Assembly (NCBI GenBank): GCA_963769025.1
Contig: CAVYKI010000012.1
Coordinates: 537,151-601,150, forward strand
Direction: 5' to 3'
From: an uncultured Verrucomicrobiae bacterium
Lineage (GTDB): Bacteria; Verrucomicrobiota; Verrucomicrobiia; Chthoniobacterales; Chthoniobacteraceae
Length of the DNA: 64,000 bases
A program made the translations under genes and the position numbers. This document shows positions 29,533-39,795 of the stretch, piece after piece (the stretch's first letter is position 1; each line of letters begins with the position of its first letter). The notes beneath the pieces are model-generated. The model saw nothing but the letters and a program-made list of their open reading frames with translations, had not been told where the DNA came from and ran no database searches.

Positions 29533-29562
29533 ATCAGAGCAGACAGCCTCGGGAATTATTCC
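29533..29562 (-). promoter_or_regulatory. ECF-type promoter motif, copy 8
   Basis: GGAATAAT-N15-CTCTGAT upstream of the RiPP precursor. Confidence 0.8.
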
Positions 29563-29690
29563 ATGCCGCCACCGCAGGAATTGAATCGCGGGCTGCCAGT
29601 TCATATCGGCGTTTGAAAACCTTATTCAAATCCACCGTCATCGCCGCGTCCGTCGCGGTCCGATGACTGGCACGAATCGAGCGCGCGGCG

Positions 29691-30336
29691 TGCGTGAGTC
29701 AGAGTGTTCGAGAGCGTGCATTAAGAGTGAGTAAGGAATCTTTTTCGAGCGAGCGCTCGTCACCTGGGTTGGGCGACCCTCACTCCAATTCCATGAGGGG
29801 CTGTTTTTTCAACCTTACACCTTTTTCGTCCCTCACGCGGCCTGATACGCGCCAAAAACGCGGCTACAACGTGTTTTACAGTAGTTGATTACATCGGATT
29901 CAGGCTTGTGAAAACGCGCCAAAATCCGGGCTCCAAAATGTGTAAGGTTGGGCCGTCACTTTACACCGACTTTACACCTGCCGTGCGGATGAAGGCGACG
30001 ATGCGCTCGATCATCGGCGCGGTGATCTGAAGCTCCGTGAGGCGGAGGACGCGCCAACCGTCCAGCGCCGCTTCCAGATACTTCTCGGCGTCCGCCGCAA
30101 AGCCCTGTGGGCGATTGTGGCGGCCCTGGATGTAGATCCCGCTCTCGACCTCGATGAGCGTGCGGCTTTCAACGTGAGCGAAGTCCGCACGCCACTTGCG
30201 CTCGGCGTGAAATCGAAACTCCCGATCCAGCGCCGGGCCGCCCAGCGACTGCCAGTAGAGCAGAAAGCTACGCTCTTGCCGTGAAGGCGGATTCTTGTCG
30301 CGGAAGCGGAGGCTCATCCGCATCGTACGTTGTCAA
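29691..30336. repeat. Diverged direct repeat, copy A (non-coding block plus nuclease gene)
   Basis: Homologous to 49808-50442; identical 29-bp and about 78-bp blocks. Confidence 0.9.
29961..30317 (-). CDS. Phage-type PD-(D/E)XK/DUF559-like small endonuclease, copy A
   Basis: EFRFHAERKWRADFA, LIEVE.G, GRH and KY.EA.L.GWRVLR. Confidence 0.75.
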   Translation of the reverse strand: MSLRFRDKNPPSRQERSFLLYWQSLGGPALDREFRFHAERKWRADFAHVESRTLIEVESGIYIQGRHNRPQGFAADAEKYLEAALDGWRVLRLTELQITAPMIERIVAFIRTAGVKSV

Positions 30337-30870
30337 GCGAGGCGCGAATGCCATCGGCGCTCGGCGGCAGCGCAGTAAAAATGAGGCATGTCCATCAACG
30401 AAAATCATGCGGCTCAACCCGCGACGACGACGTATGTTTTCGCGTTCTGATACACGCGCCAACCGCACGTGCAACCGAGGAGCGGATGGCCGCGGCGGTT
30501 ACCGAATCGTTACCGAATTTGAAAACGAGCACTGCCTCAAAAAGAGCGGGCGCGCTGGAAGCTAGGACACATGCGGCTTCCAAGGCGCTCAGGCGTCGAA
30601 AACCGTGCGTTGTGATGAAGCGCGCGGACGCGTCTTATCCGGTGCAGTTGCGGACGGCGACGGATGAATTCCGGGGCTGAATGAAGCACCGTTTCCTGAC
30701 GTAAAGGGAGATTGCCTCGGGTGGTGGTCGCGACCATCGCCACTGCAACGCTCTTTCGCCTGCTCGCCGACGCCGGTAATAGGGTTTGCTACGCCGCGAT
30801 GATTTCCGCCGCTCGGTGCGCGGAGGTGTCGGATTTTGCGTCGTGTCAGACGCACGTGGAAAGGTGGAGG

Positions 30871-31167
30871 CTAACTGACCGGCCCGCAGCCCTCATGACC
30901 GCAATCACATGCGTGCCCGTCGGCGAGGCACCGGGTGACGCAGGAGCTGAAACCGGGACGATTGCGGCATGCGACCACGCACTTGATGCGGCGGGACCAA
31001 AGCTCAACGGCTTTCGTTTCGTCCGCCGCTAGTTCGTCGGCGAGTTTGGCGACATCGTAGGTCTCGGAATAAACCGGTAGTCCTTCGACCTCGACGACGT
31101 ATTTGATGATGACCCTCATGTCTTTCGACAGCGGGGCCGTAGCGGTAAAAAGTCCGACGTCAGGCAT
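30871..31167 (-). CDS. Small hypothetical protein with Cys-rich C-terminus
   Basis: 98-aa ORF ending CVVAC...CVTRC...HACDCGHEGC. Confidence 0.55.
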   Translation of the reverse strand: MPDVGLFTATAPLSKDMRVIIKYVVEVEGLPVYSETYDVAKLADELAADETKAVELWSRRIKCVVACRNRPGFSSCVTRCLADGHACDCGHEGCGPVS

Positions 31168-31278
31168 GGTTAGTTAGTAGGTTTAAGCGGGAGTTTTTAT
31201 GGGTGTGAATATGTTGGAGAAGGCGGATACAAAATTACCTTCTGGAATCCATCGGCTGAGGTCGTCTCCCATGACAGG

Positions 31279-32912
31279 TCAGCCTTTGCGGATGGCGCGG
31301 GGGACGGCGTTTTTGCTGCCGGTGAGAGTGGCGTCCTGGCTAAAGACGGTGGGCGGGAGATCGGTCGCGGTGGCGCGGCCGGTGCGTTCCACCTCGATGG
31401 TCGAGTGCTTCTTCAAAAAAGCGAGCAGCGCTTCGTGCACGGTGAGCGGCGCGATCGCCGGGTCGGCCGCTCCCTCAGGCGGCAGATCATGTCGAGCGGT
31501 TCGCCGTCGCGCTCGCAGCCGCCGATGGTGAGCTTCGCATCGTCCGCCACGTCGGCGCCTTTGATCTGGAGCGAGACGAGCCGTTTACCGGGCGGATTCA
31601 TCGCCGTGAATTTCACCTTCATCGCCTCCGAAGCGCGGGGACCCCAGCCGCCGGAGAGCTTCCACGGGTCCTTGGAGAAAACGAGTTCGAGTTCGTTCTC
31701 CAGATAGTCGCGGAGCTGCCGGCCGGTGATCGTCCCGGACTTCATGCGCGTGTCGAGCGGCAGCATGTTCCATAGATCGCCGACGGTGATCGGGCCGGCG
31801 GGCAGCGGCGGGGCGAAGCGGAAGCCATTGGTGAAGCCGAGCGTGGTGCCGGTCATCTCGGCGACGGCATCGGCGATGAAGTTGTCCATGCTCGTCTCGA
31901 GCACGTCGTAGCGCATGAGCAGCTTCGTGGTTTTGCCGACGACGGTGTTCATCCGCTCGCGATGCGGCGCGAGCGCTTGCTCGACGAGCGCCTTCACTTT
32001 CGGGTCCTCGGGAAACTCGCTCGCGCGGATCGGGATGAGCCGGAACTCGTGGCTCGCGACGCCGCCCTTCTCGCCGAGCGTGATGTCGAGCCGGCCGAGG
32101 AATGATCCCATCGCGCCCGGTTCCACGATGAGGACTTTGCCTTCCACGATCGGCTCGATGGTGCGCTCGTGAGTGTGGCCGGAGAAGATCACATCGAGCT
32201 CGGGAATCTCGCGCGCAAGTTGCCGCGATACCGTGAGGCCGGAGTGCGAGACGATGCAGACGAGGTCAGCGCGCTCACGCTCGCGCGTGGCTTTGACGTA
32301 GTCGCGCAGGCCGTCCATCCGCGTGGAATCCAGGCCGCGCGTCTGCACCGGCGGCTGGCGCACGGTGGTCGTGGGATCCGCGATGCCGATGAACGCGACG
32401 CGCACGCCGTCCTTCTCGATCGTGACCGACGGCGCGAAGAGACGTTCGTTGGTCGCCTTGTCGTGGAAGTTGTAGGCCACGACTTTCGCGGTGAGCTGGC
32501 TCATCAACCACTTGAAGCGATCCGGTCCGTAAACGACCTCCCAGTTGCCCGGCACGAAGACATCGAGCCCGAGCGCATTCAGCGGCCTGAGCACCACTTC
32601 GCCCTCGCTCCACGCCGCAGGTCCGGAGCCCTGCACCGCGTCGCCGCTATCGACCAAAAAATGCGGACCGGCCGCGCTGGCGCGCTCGCGCTCGATCGCT
32701 GTCTTCAAGCGCGCAAACCCGCCCATTTGCTGAATCTCCGGCTGCTCGCCCGGCATGTAATCGGGATGCGTCTCAAGCTGCGCGTGGGTGTCCGCCATGT
32801 GCAGGAGCGTCACGCGGCGACGTGTGCCCGGCGCGGGCGTTTGAGCGCAAACGAGCGGTTGCGTGGCGAGAGCCGCGGCGGCGGCGGTCATGAGAAATTT
32901 CCGACGGTTCAT
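31279..32912 (-). CDS. Tat-exported SoxB-like metallophosphatase/5'-nucleotidase, frameshift near 31470
   Basis: NRRKFL, ADTHAQL, DSGD..QGS, PGNWE, SH.G, SGHTHE and GFRF. Confidence 0.85.
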
Positions 32913-32949
32913 GGGATGATGGGGTTGGAGGTTTGGATCAGGAAAAACG

Positions 32950-33030
32950 GTTCAATTCATCGCGATGATGAAGATGGCAACGGCGAGGACAAACCAAGCG
33001 AAGCCACACTGGAGTGGTCGGCTTTCGCGC
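32950..33030 (-). pseudogene. Possible C-terminal fragment of a TauE/SafE sulfite exporter
   Basis: LQCGFAWFVLAVAIFIIAMN*; no upstream part. Confidence 0.4.
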
Positions 33031-33068
33031 GGCCTGCGAAGGCTCTGCCGAGCGGCGTCATGGCGCGG

Positions 33069-33368
33069 TCATTGCGGGCGCGCGGATTGATTCGGATCGG
33101 ATATCTGGCGATCGCCAGAGCTGGGACTCACCCGCGAAAGTGCGGGAGGAGTCTCCCCCTTTTCATTCGGCGTGCTCCGGTCGTTCGAACTGAGCCCGAA
33201 GAGCAACCCGAGCATGCTGCCGTAGATGGCGCCCCGCCACCAAGTCGAGGTGAGCGGACAGGTGCCAGAGGTGCATTGGCCGAAATATCCGAGCGCGGCA
33301 CCGAGAAGCGCGCCGATGACGACGGCTAGGATAAGCGGTCCATAAGCTTGGAGAAATGACATTTTCAT
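33069..33368 (-). CDS. DUF6132-like small membrane protein
   Basis: GALLG...GY.GQCTSGTCPLTS.WW.GAIYG. Confidence 0.75.
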   Translation of the reverse strand: MKMSFLQAYGPLILAVVIGALLGAALGYFGQCTSGTCPLTSTWWRGAIYGSMLGLLFGLSSNDRSTPNEKGETPPALSRVSPSSGDRQISDPNQSARPQ

Positions 33369-33498
33369 GGGTGAGTAGAGTTTGGGTTCTGCATCCCCTC
33401 CGCGCTGGTCACGCATTTCGCGTTGCACCGGGAACGGGATTGGTTTTAAGTATATGACCATATAACCGCGTAGTTGTTCAGTCAAATTTCACGTTTTG

Positions 33499-33849
33499 AT
33501 GGCCCGCTTCAAAATCAAATCCATCGCCCTTTCGCCGGAGGCGCTCGAACTGGTCGCCGCCCGCTTCAAGCTGCTCGCCGAACCGATGCGCCTCCGCCTC
33601 CTCCAAGCACTGCACGAGGGCGAGCTGAACGTCACTCAGCTCGTCACCGCTAGCGGCGCCACGCAGGCCAATGTTTCCAAGCATCTCGGCCTGCTCTGCG
33701 ACGCCGGCATTCTCAGCCGCCGCAAAGATGGCATGCACGTCTTCTATGCGATCGCCGACCCGATGGTCTTCGACCTTTGCAACCTCGTCTGCAGCCGCCT
33801 GCAGGCCGACCTCCAGCGCAAGGTCACGCACTTCAAAACGCCCGCCTGA
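33499..33849 (+). CDS. ArsR/SmtB family regulator
   Basis: FKLLAEPMRLRLL, QANVSKHL and VFDLCNLVC. Confidence 0.92.
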   Translation: MARFKIKSIALSPEALELVAARFKLLAEPMRLRLLQALHEGELNVTQLVTASGATQANVSKHLGLLCDAGILSRRKDGMHVFYAIADPMVFDLCNLVCSRLQADLQRKVTHFKTPA

Positions 33850-33860
33850 CGCGAGCGGGT

Positions 33861-34349
33861 TCATCCGCTGCCGATCAGTTCCTTGACCTTCGCGACAAAG
33901 GCCGGCGGACCGCCCGGCGTGTAACCGAGCTGACCGAGAATTTTGCCGGTGGGACTCAGGACGACGATCGTGGGGAAGCCCTCGACATTAAACTGGCGGG
34001 CGAGCGCGTCATTCGCGGCCTGCTGCTCGGGCGGGAGGGGCTGGCGCCTTGGAAAATCAACTTCCAACAGGATGAGATGCTGCGCCGCGAAATCGGCGAA
34101 CTCCGGTTTGGAAAACACCTCCTTGCGCAGGCGCATGCACGGCGGGCACCAATCGGAGCCGGTGAAGTCGATGAAGAGCGGTTTGTTCTCGGCCTGCGAG
34201 CGCGCACGGGCAGTCTCGAAATCCGTGAGCCAAGGCAACGCCGCCACCGCTGCTTTCTCTTCCGGGGAAACGGAACTACGGCGTGCCTGCACGAAGATGA
34301 AGGCGATGAAGCCCAGCGTCAGGACCGCGATGACCGGGCCGCGCTTCAT
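33861..34349 (-). CDS. Thioredoxin family protein
   Basis: DFTGSDWCPPC and GFPT. Confidence 0.88.
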   Translation of the reverse strand: MKRGPVIAVLTLGFIAFIFVQARRSSVSPEEKAAVAALPWLTDFETARARSQAENKPLFIDFTGSDWCPPCMRLRKEVFSKPEFADFAAQHLILLEVDFPRRQPLPPEQQAANDALARQFNVEGFPTIVVLSPTGKILGQLGYTPGGPPAFVAKVKELIGSG

Positions 34350-35053
34350 TTTGCGTTTGTCGCCGGCGCGACTTTCTCAAAGCGCAGGAAATAGTTTTCC
34401 TTGAGCAAACCAGGCTGTTCTCCGACCAGCCGGAAGCCACTTCTCACGATCTCGCTGGTGAATACTTCCCGGCCGGCGCGCACGTGGCCAAGGACCCAGT
34501 CGGAGCTTTGTCCTTCGATGCGCTCGAAGTCGATGACCACCACCTGTCCGCCCGGTCGCAGGGCGCGATGGAGTGATTCCATGGTGCGCAATGGAAACTC
34601 GAAGTGGTGGTAAGTGTCGCAGATGAAGGCGAGGTCGATGGATGCAGCCGGGAGTTCGACGGATCGATCGGTGGCGACGACTCCCGTCACGTTTTTCACC
34701 CCCGCCTTGCGTGCGCTTTCTTCGATGTGCGCGACGAACTTCGGCGCGATATCCACCGCGTAAACACGCCCCTTTTCTCCGACGGCCGCCGCGAAGAGAC
34801 GCGTGAAAAGTCCCGTGCCGGCCCCCACATCGGCCATCGTCATACCGGGCTTGATCCCGCAGGCCTTTACGATTGCCTCGCGGTGGGCAAACACCTCGCG
34901 GCTCTCGATCTCGAACCGCCCGATGAACTCGTCGACCGACGGATTTTTGAACGCATCATTGATGCCCGGTTTGACGCTCTCCTCCTGCGCAAATGCCGAA
35001 GAATGAACCGCGAAGAAGGCGAGGATGAGCGGGCGGATGAGGGAGGATTTCAT
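34346..35053 (-). CDS. Exported class I SAM-dependent methyltransferase
   Basis: ADVGAGTG, YAVDI and DTYHHF; N-terminal signal peptide. Confidence 0.85.
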   Translation of the reverse strand: MKSSLIRPLILAFFAVHSSAFAQEESVKPGINDAFKNPSVDEFIGRFEIESREVFAHREAIVKACGIKPGMTMADVGAGTGLFTRLFAAAVGEKGRVYAVDIAPKFVAHIEESARKAGVKNVTGVVATDRSVELPAASIDLAFICDTYHHFEFPLRTMESLHRALRPGGQVVVIDFERIEGQSSDWVLGHVRAGREVFTSEIVRSGFRLVGEQPGLLKENYFLRFEKVAPATNAK

Positions 35054-35068
35054 GGTTTTGTCAGTGAC

Positions 35069-36580
35069 CTAAAGCGGTGGAGCTTCGATGCGGCCGCGCT
35101 TCTTTATCGCGGCCTTGATCGTTTCGTATTGGCTCTCGTGCTCGGTCACGTCGCGACCTTCGAGGAAGGTGCGGTAGTTGTGGCCGCCGTGGGCGAGCAT
35201 GGAGTTCGTGGCGACGGAATAGGTGCGCTGCGGATCGAGCGGCTCCTTTCCCACGGTGACCTCGTTCAGACGGCTGCCTTCGCGCGCTTTCGCATCGTAG
35301 GTGAAATGCACGCCGCCGGTTTGGATCATGCCGCCGACTTTGGTCTTCGGATCGTCGCTGAAGGTGTTGGTCAGCGCTTGTTCAAGGATCGCGCGGATCT
35401 GCGCGCCGGTGAGCTTCATCGTCACGACTTTGCCTTCGTGCGGGAGGAGATTACGCAGTTGCTCGGCGGTGATCGGTCCGGGCTGGAGAGCAATGCCGTA
35501 GCCGACGCCGGGAAGGAGCGCGAGGTCGCTGCCAGTCGTCTCGCGCAGCAGCTCGGCGAAGAGGTGATCGGCGGGCGATCGCTCGTCGCGTTTCCGCGCG
35601 TCCTGTCCCGCGAGGGTCTGGGCGCGAGGAATGATGACGGTAGCTTCGCCGACCACTTCATCGAGCTGCGCGCGAAACGGCTTTTCGATGCGCTTGATCA
35701 GCTCCGCCGTGGCGCGGTCGGAAGGCACGACCGCGTTGTCGAGCGCGATGAGTTGGCGCTCGTGTTTGGTGATGCGGCCGTCGGTCAGCGTGAGGTCGAG
35801 GCGTCCGACATCCGAGCCGTGCGCGCCGGCCTGGACGATAAGCGTGCGACCGACTTGCAAGGCTTCGCTCATGCGGTTGTGGCTGTGGCCGCCGACAATC
35901 ACGTCGATCTCCGGCACCGCTTCGGCGAGTTTTTTGTCCGCCCCAAGGCCGAGGTGAGTGAGCGCGATGATGAGTTGCGCGCCTTCGCGTTTCATCTCGG
36001 GGATGAAGCGCTGCGCTGCCTCCACCGCGGGACCGAACTCCACATCCTCGACGTTCTTCTTCCCAGTAGTCAGCGGCGTGTTCGGATACGCCAGGCCGAG
36101 GATACCGACTTTCACTCCACCGACATCGCGCACGACATACGGCTTGGTGAAAAGCTTCCCAGTGGCCCGCTCGGTGACATTGGCGGCGAGCACGGGAAAC
36201 TTTGCGCCGGCGATCCATTCCCGCAGCGCTGCCGACGTGAAGTCCGGCTCATGATTCCCGATCGACAGCGCGTCGTAGCCGACCGCGTTCATCAGCTCCA
36301 GGATCGCGCGGCCCTTGGTGAGGTCGGCAATCATGGTGTCGCCCAACGCATCGCCGGCATCGAGCAGCAGGACATTCGGCGCCTCCGCACGCACCTGCTT
36401 CACCACGGTCGCCATGCGGTCGAAGCCGCCGACCGTCTTACCGGCCAACTCGCCCTCCCAACCGCGCCACGGACGGATGTGACCGTGGAGGTCGTTAGTG
36501 TGCAGGATTGTGAGCATCTTCGTGTCCACAGCTTGCGCAGCGATTCCCGTGGCGAGCAGCGCGATGAGCAGCGCTTTCAT
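35069..36580 (-). CDS. Bifunctional metallophosphatase/5'-nucleotidase family protein
   Basis: HTNDLHG, LDAGD, GNHE, THLG and GGHSH. Confidence 0.9.
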   Translation of the reverse strand: MKALLIALLATGIAAQAVDTKMLTILHTNDLHGHIRPWRGWEGELAGKTVGGFDRMATVVKQVRAEAPNVLLLDAGDALGDTMIADLTKGRAILELMNAVGYDALSIGNHEPDFTSAALREWIAGAKFPVLAANVTERATGKLFTKPYVVRDVGGVKVGILGLAYPNTPLTTGKKNVEDVEFGPAVEAAQRFIPEMKREGAQLIIALTHLGLGADKKLAEAVPEIDVIVGGHSHNRMSEALQVGRTLIVQAGAHGSDVGRLDLTLTDGRITKHERQLIALDNAVVPSDRATAELIKRIEKPFRAQLDEVVGEATVIIPRAQTLAGQDARKRDERSPADHLFAELLRETTGSDLALLPGVGYGIALQPGPITAEQLRNLLPHEGKVVTMKLTGAQIRAILEQALTNTFSDDPKTKVGGMIQTGGVHFTYDAKAREGSRLNEVTVGKEPLDPQRTYSVATNSMLAHGGHNYRTFLEGRDVTEHESQYETIKAAIKKRGRIEAPPL

Positions 36581-36591
36581 AACGCGGCCAT

Positions 36592-37047
36592 CTATCCGCC
36601 GATCTTGATGTAGGAAAATCCGTCGCCCTGTTTGCGGATCACTTCGCCGACGCCGGAATCGACGGTGGTTGCCTGTTCGATGAGATCCTTCTTTTCGATC
36701 TTGTCGCGGCGCATCGTGTTTTCGCATGCGGCGAAGACGACGCCGTCCGCGTGGAGCTTCGCCAGCTTCTCCTTCATCTCGGGATGCTCCGCGGCGTTTT
36801 TGGCGATAAGCAGACCGAGGCCTTTGCCATGCGTGACGACCACGAGTTTGCCCGCCTTTGCGCCGAGCGATTTGTGCGCGTTCTCGACGTTGCGCAGGGC
36901 GCCCTGCCATTTTTCGGGGCCGTCGGAGGTGACTTCAAAGACGACTTGGTGGGTTTTGTTGGAGGCGGCTTTTTCGGATTCGGCAGTCATGGCAGTGAGA
37001 GGCAATAGGGCAAGGGCAGTGGCGAGGGTTTTGAGGAGCGTTTTCAT
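36592..37047 (-). CDS. Exported DsrE family protein
   Basis: VVFEV, ALRNVEN, FAACENTM, SGVGE and YIK. Confidence 0.85.
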   Translation of the reverse strand: MKTLLKTLATALALLPLTAMTAESEKAASNKTHQVVFEVTSDGPEKWQGALRNVENAHKSLGAKAGKLVVVTHGKGLGLLIAKNAAEHPEMKEKLAKLHADGVVFAACENTMRRDKIEKKDLIEQATTVDSGVGEVIRKQGDGFSYIKIGG

Positions 37048-37217
37048 GGGATGTTTTGGTTTTGGGATTTGGTGATGGAATCAGCGGAGGATGACTTCAG
37101 TTGGAGGCCGGTGATGGACCTCCATCGGGCGGAGGACCGAGCGTAAATTAGAGCTCCTCGGTGGCTCACGCGCCGCCGCACGCCCAGTCTGAGTGGTCGT
37201 GGTGGATGGGTTCGGAT

Positions 37218-39004
37218 TCATGCAGCGGGGATGAGTTGAGGTTCCGGCACCTCTTCCAAATCGCTGGCAGCGCACCCCAAGGCTCTCATGGCGTCATCCA
37301 GACTGAGGTGGATGCACTTTCGCCCGAAGTGCTCGGGAAAACCAGCGCGCTCCAGGCGGTCCATGACCGGGCCTTTTACCGCCGCGAGATGAAAGCCGAC
37401 GCCGGAGTCGCGCAGTTGCTCCACCAGTTTCTCGAGCGTCTCCAGCGCGCTGGAGTCGATGTGATTGATGGCGCTGCAATCGAGCACCAGATTCTCCAGA
37501 TCCTTCTGCTCGGCGATGAGCCTCAGCAGATGATCTTCGAGGTAGCGCGCATTCGCGAAGTAGAGGCTTTCATCCACCCGAATCGCGAGCACGCCGGGGC
37601 AGACGCGAACCTTGTGCCGGTGGACATTGCGGAAGTGCTCGGTGTGTCCAATGCGCCCCAGCACGGCGATGTGCGGACGGCTCGAGCGCCACAGAAAAAG
37701 GACCAACGCAGTGCCGGCACCGATGGCCACGCCGAGCTCCACGCCCGCGAAAAGGACGACGAGAAACGTGAGCGCAAACGAGGTGAAATCCGCCCGGCTG
37801 TAGCGCCAAAGCTGCGGCGCGCGTTTGAGATCCACGAGGCCGAACACCGCCACGATGATGATCGCGCCGAGCGCGGTGTGTGGGATGAAGTAGAAGAGCG
37901 GCGTCAGCGCGAGGACGGTGATCAGGACAAGCGCCGCGGTGATCATCGAGGCGAGCGGAGTCTTCGCGCCGGCGGCGAAATTCACCACGGAACGGCTGAA
38001 GCCGCCGGTGACCGGGTAACCGCTGGTCAGCGCGGCGCCGAGTTGGCCAGGCCCAGCGCCACGAGTTCGCGATCGGGATGCACGTTCTGCCGGCGTTTGC
38101 TGGCGAGCGCCTTGGCGACGGAGATGCTTTCCATGAAGCCGACGAACGCGATGGTCACGGCGGCGCCGAGCAACGGCTGGATGCGGTCCCAGGCCAGCGG
38201 CGGAAAGCTCAGCGGCGGCAGTCCCGCGGCGACGGTGCCGACGGTCTTGATGCCGGCGGATCGATCGAGGCCGAGCGCCCAGACGAGCAGCGTCGCCGCC
38301 GCCACGACGACCAATGGACCGCTTTGCGCGAGCGGTGTGGCGATCGACTCATCCACGCCGCGCTTGCGCAGCACAGGCCCGAGCGCTTTGCCAAAGAAGA
38401 GCAGCAGCGCGATCGCCGCGACACCCATCGCGAGCGTGACGCCATTCGTGGCTCCGAGCTGTTGGTAGATATTTGCGACGAGCTGATGCGTGTGTTCGGC
38501 GTGCGGAATCTGGATGCCGAGCAGGTGCTTGAGCTGGCTGAGGGCGATGATGATCGCCGCCGCGCTGGTGAAGCCTTTGATCACCGGGTGACTGAGGAAA
38601 TGGGTGAGCACGCCCAGTCGCGCGAAGCCCATCGCGAGCATCATGACGCCGACCAATCCGGCCAGCGTCAGCGCGGCGCTGAGCGCGGCGGCGCCTCCCT
38701 CCGGCGCGACCCGCTGAATCACTGACGCGGTCAGCAGCGAGACGATGGCCACCGGCCCGACCGCGAGCGTCCGGCTGGAGCCGAAGACGCCATAGAGCAA
38801 CAACGGCACGATGCTCGCGTAGAGGCCGATCTGCGGCGGAAGACCGGCGAGCATCGCATACGCCATCGCTTGCGGAACGAGCATGATCGCGACGATCACG
38901 CCCGCGATGGCATCGCCCGGAAGGTCCGCCGCGCGATAGGCCGGCGCCCATTGCGCCATGGGCACCCAGCGCTCCAGCCAGTTGGGCGCGCGGGTGCTCA
39001 TCAC
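37218..39004 (-). CDS. sulP: SulP family sulfate permease with STAS domain, frameshift near 38030
   Basis: PQAMAYAMLAGLPP..GLY, GPVA, GGFSRS.VN, LYFAN and IDSS. Confidence 0.92.
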
Positions 39005-39022
39005 CCGGCGATGCTGGTAAAA

Positions 39023-39778
39023 TCAGGATGCACCGGCGGGCCTCCGGTTGAGGTCACGCCGCACCGCGGAGATGGTCATCCACCCGGCGACGATGAAGAT
39101 CACCCCGGAGGCGAGGAACGCATAGTCATAGACAGACTGTCCGTGGCGCTCGATGACGTGATGAATGTGGAGGATGTGGTGATCGATGATTCCCTCCACG
39201 AAGTTGAACAGTCCCCAGCCGAGGAAGAGCGAGGCGACGAACGCTTTTCCTGACCACGGCACCTCGTCGCGACGCGCTCCGGCGCGCCACAGCAGCGCGA
39301 GGCCGACGACCGTCATGATCCACGTCATCGAGTGGAAGAGGCCGTCCCAAAACATGTTGATCTCCATGTTGGGAATCGTCGTCTTCGGAAACCGCGCGGA
39401 GAGCATGTTGTGCGCTTGCAGCAGTTGATGGAAGACGATGCCATCGACGAACCCGCCGAGGCCGATGCCAAGGAAGGTTCCGGCGATAACCAAGGGTTTT
39501 AGGTTGGTGGGAGCGTTCATTGGTGCGGTGTGTTTGAAGACAACGGGTGGCCTTCCTCTGCGGTGACGGCGGGAGCGATCGGACAACGCGTGGTTGATGA
39601 TCAGCACGGCCACCAAGAGGATCGGGAATGGCAGGAGAACCGTGAGAAGCGTGGAAAGGAAACCAGCGCCGAAGATGCCCGCGCGGACTTGTTCGCCGGT
39701 CGGCGTGTCGCAAATCGGGCAGGCCATCACTGCGGCCGGCACGACGAAGAAGATTGCGGGAAACAGATTGCGCCACAT
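39023..39778 (-). CDS. DUF2243 membrane protein (from 39520) with an in-frame N-terminal CPxC module
   Basis: GFVDGIVFHQLLQ.H, DGLFH and EGIIDHHIL.IHHV; upstream ACPICDT in the same frame. Confidence 0.8.
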   Translation of the reverse strand: MWRNLFPAIFFVVPAAVMACPICDTPTGEQVRAGIFGAGFLSTLLTVLLPFPILLVAVLIINHALSDRSRRHRRGRPPVVFKHTAPMNAPTNLKPLVIAGTFLGIGLGGFVDGIVFHQLLQAHNMLSARFPKTTIPNMEINMFWDGLFHSMTWIMTVVGLALLWRAGARRDEVPWSGKAFVASLFLGWGLFNFVEGIIDHHILHIHHVIERHGQSVYDYAFLASGVIFIVAGWMTISAVRRDLNRRPAGAS

Positions 39779-39795
39779 CGGTTTCGGAAGGTGCT

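Noticed and set aside
31066..31092. GGAATAAA followed by CTC as a ninth promoter copy
   Set aside because: The spacer is 16 rather than 15, and it lies antisense inside a CDS with no downstream gene
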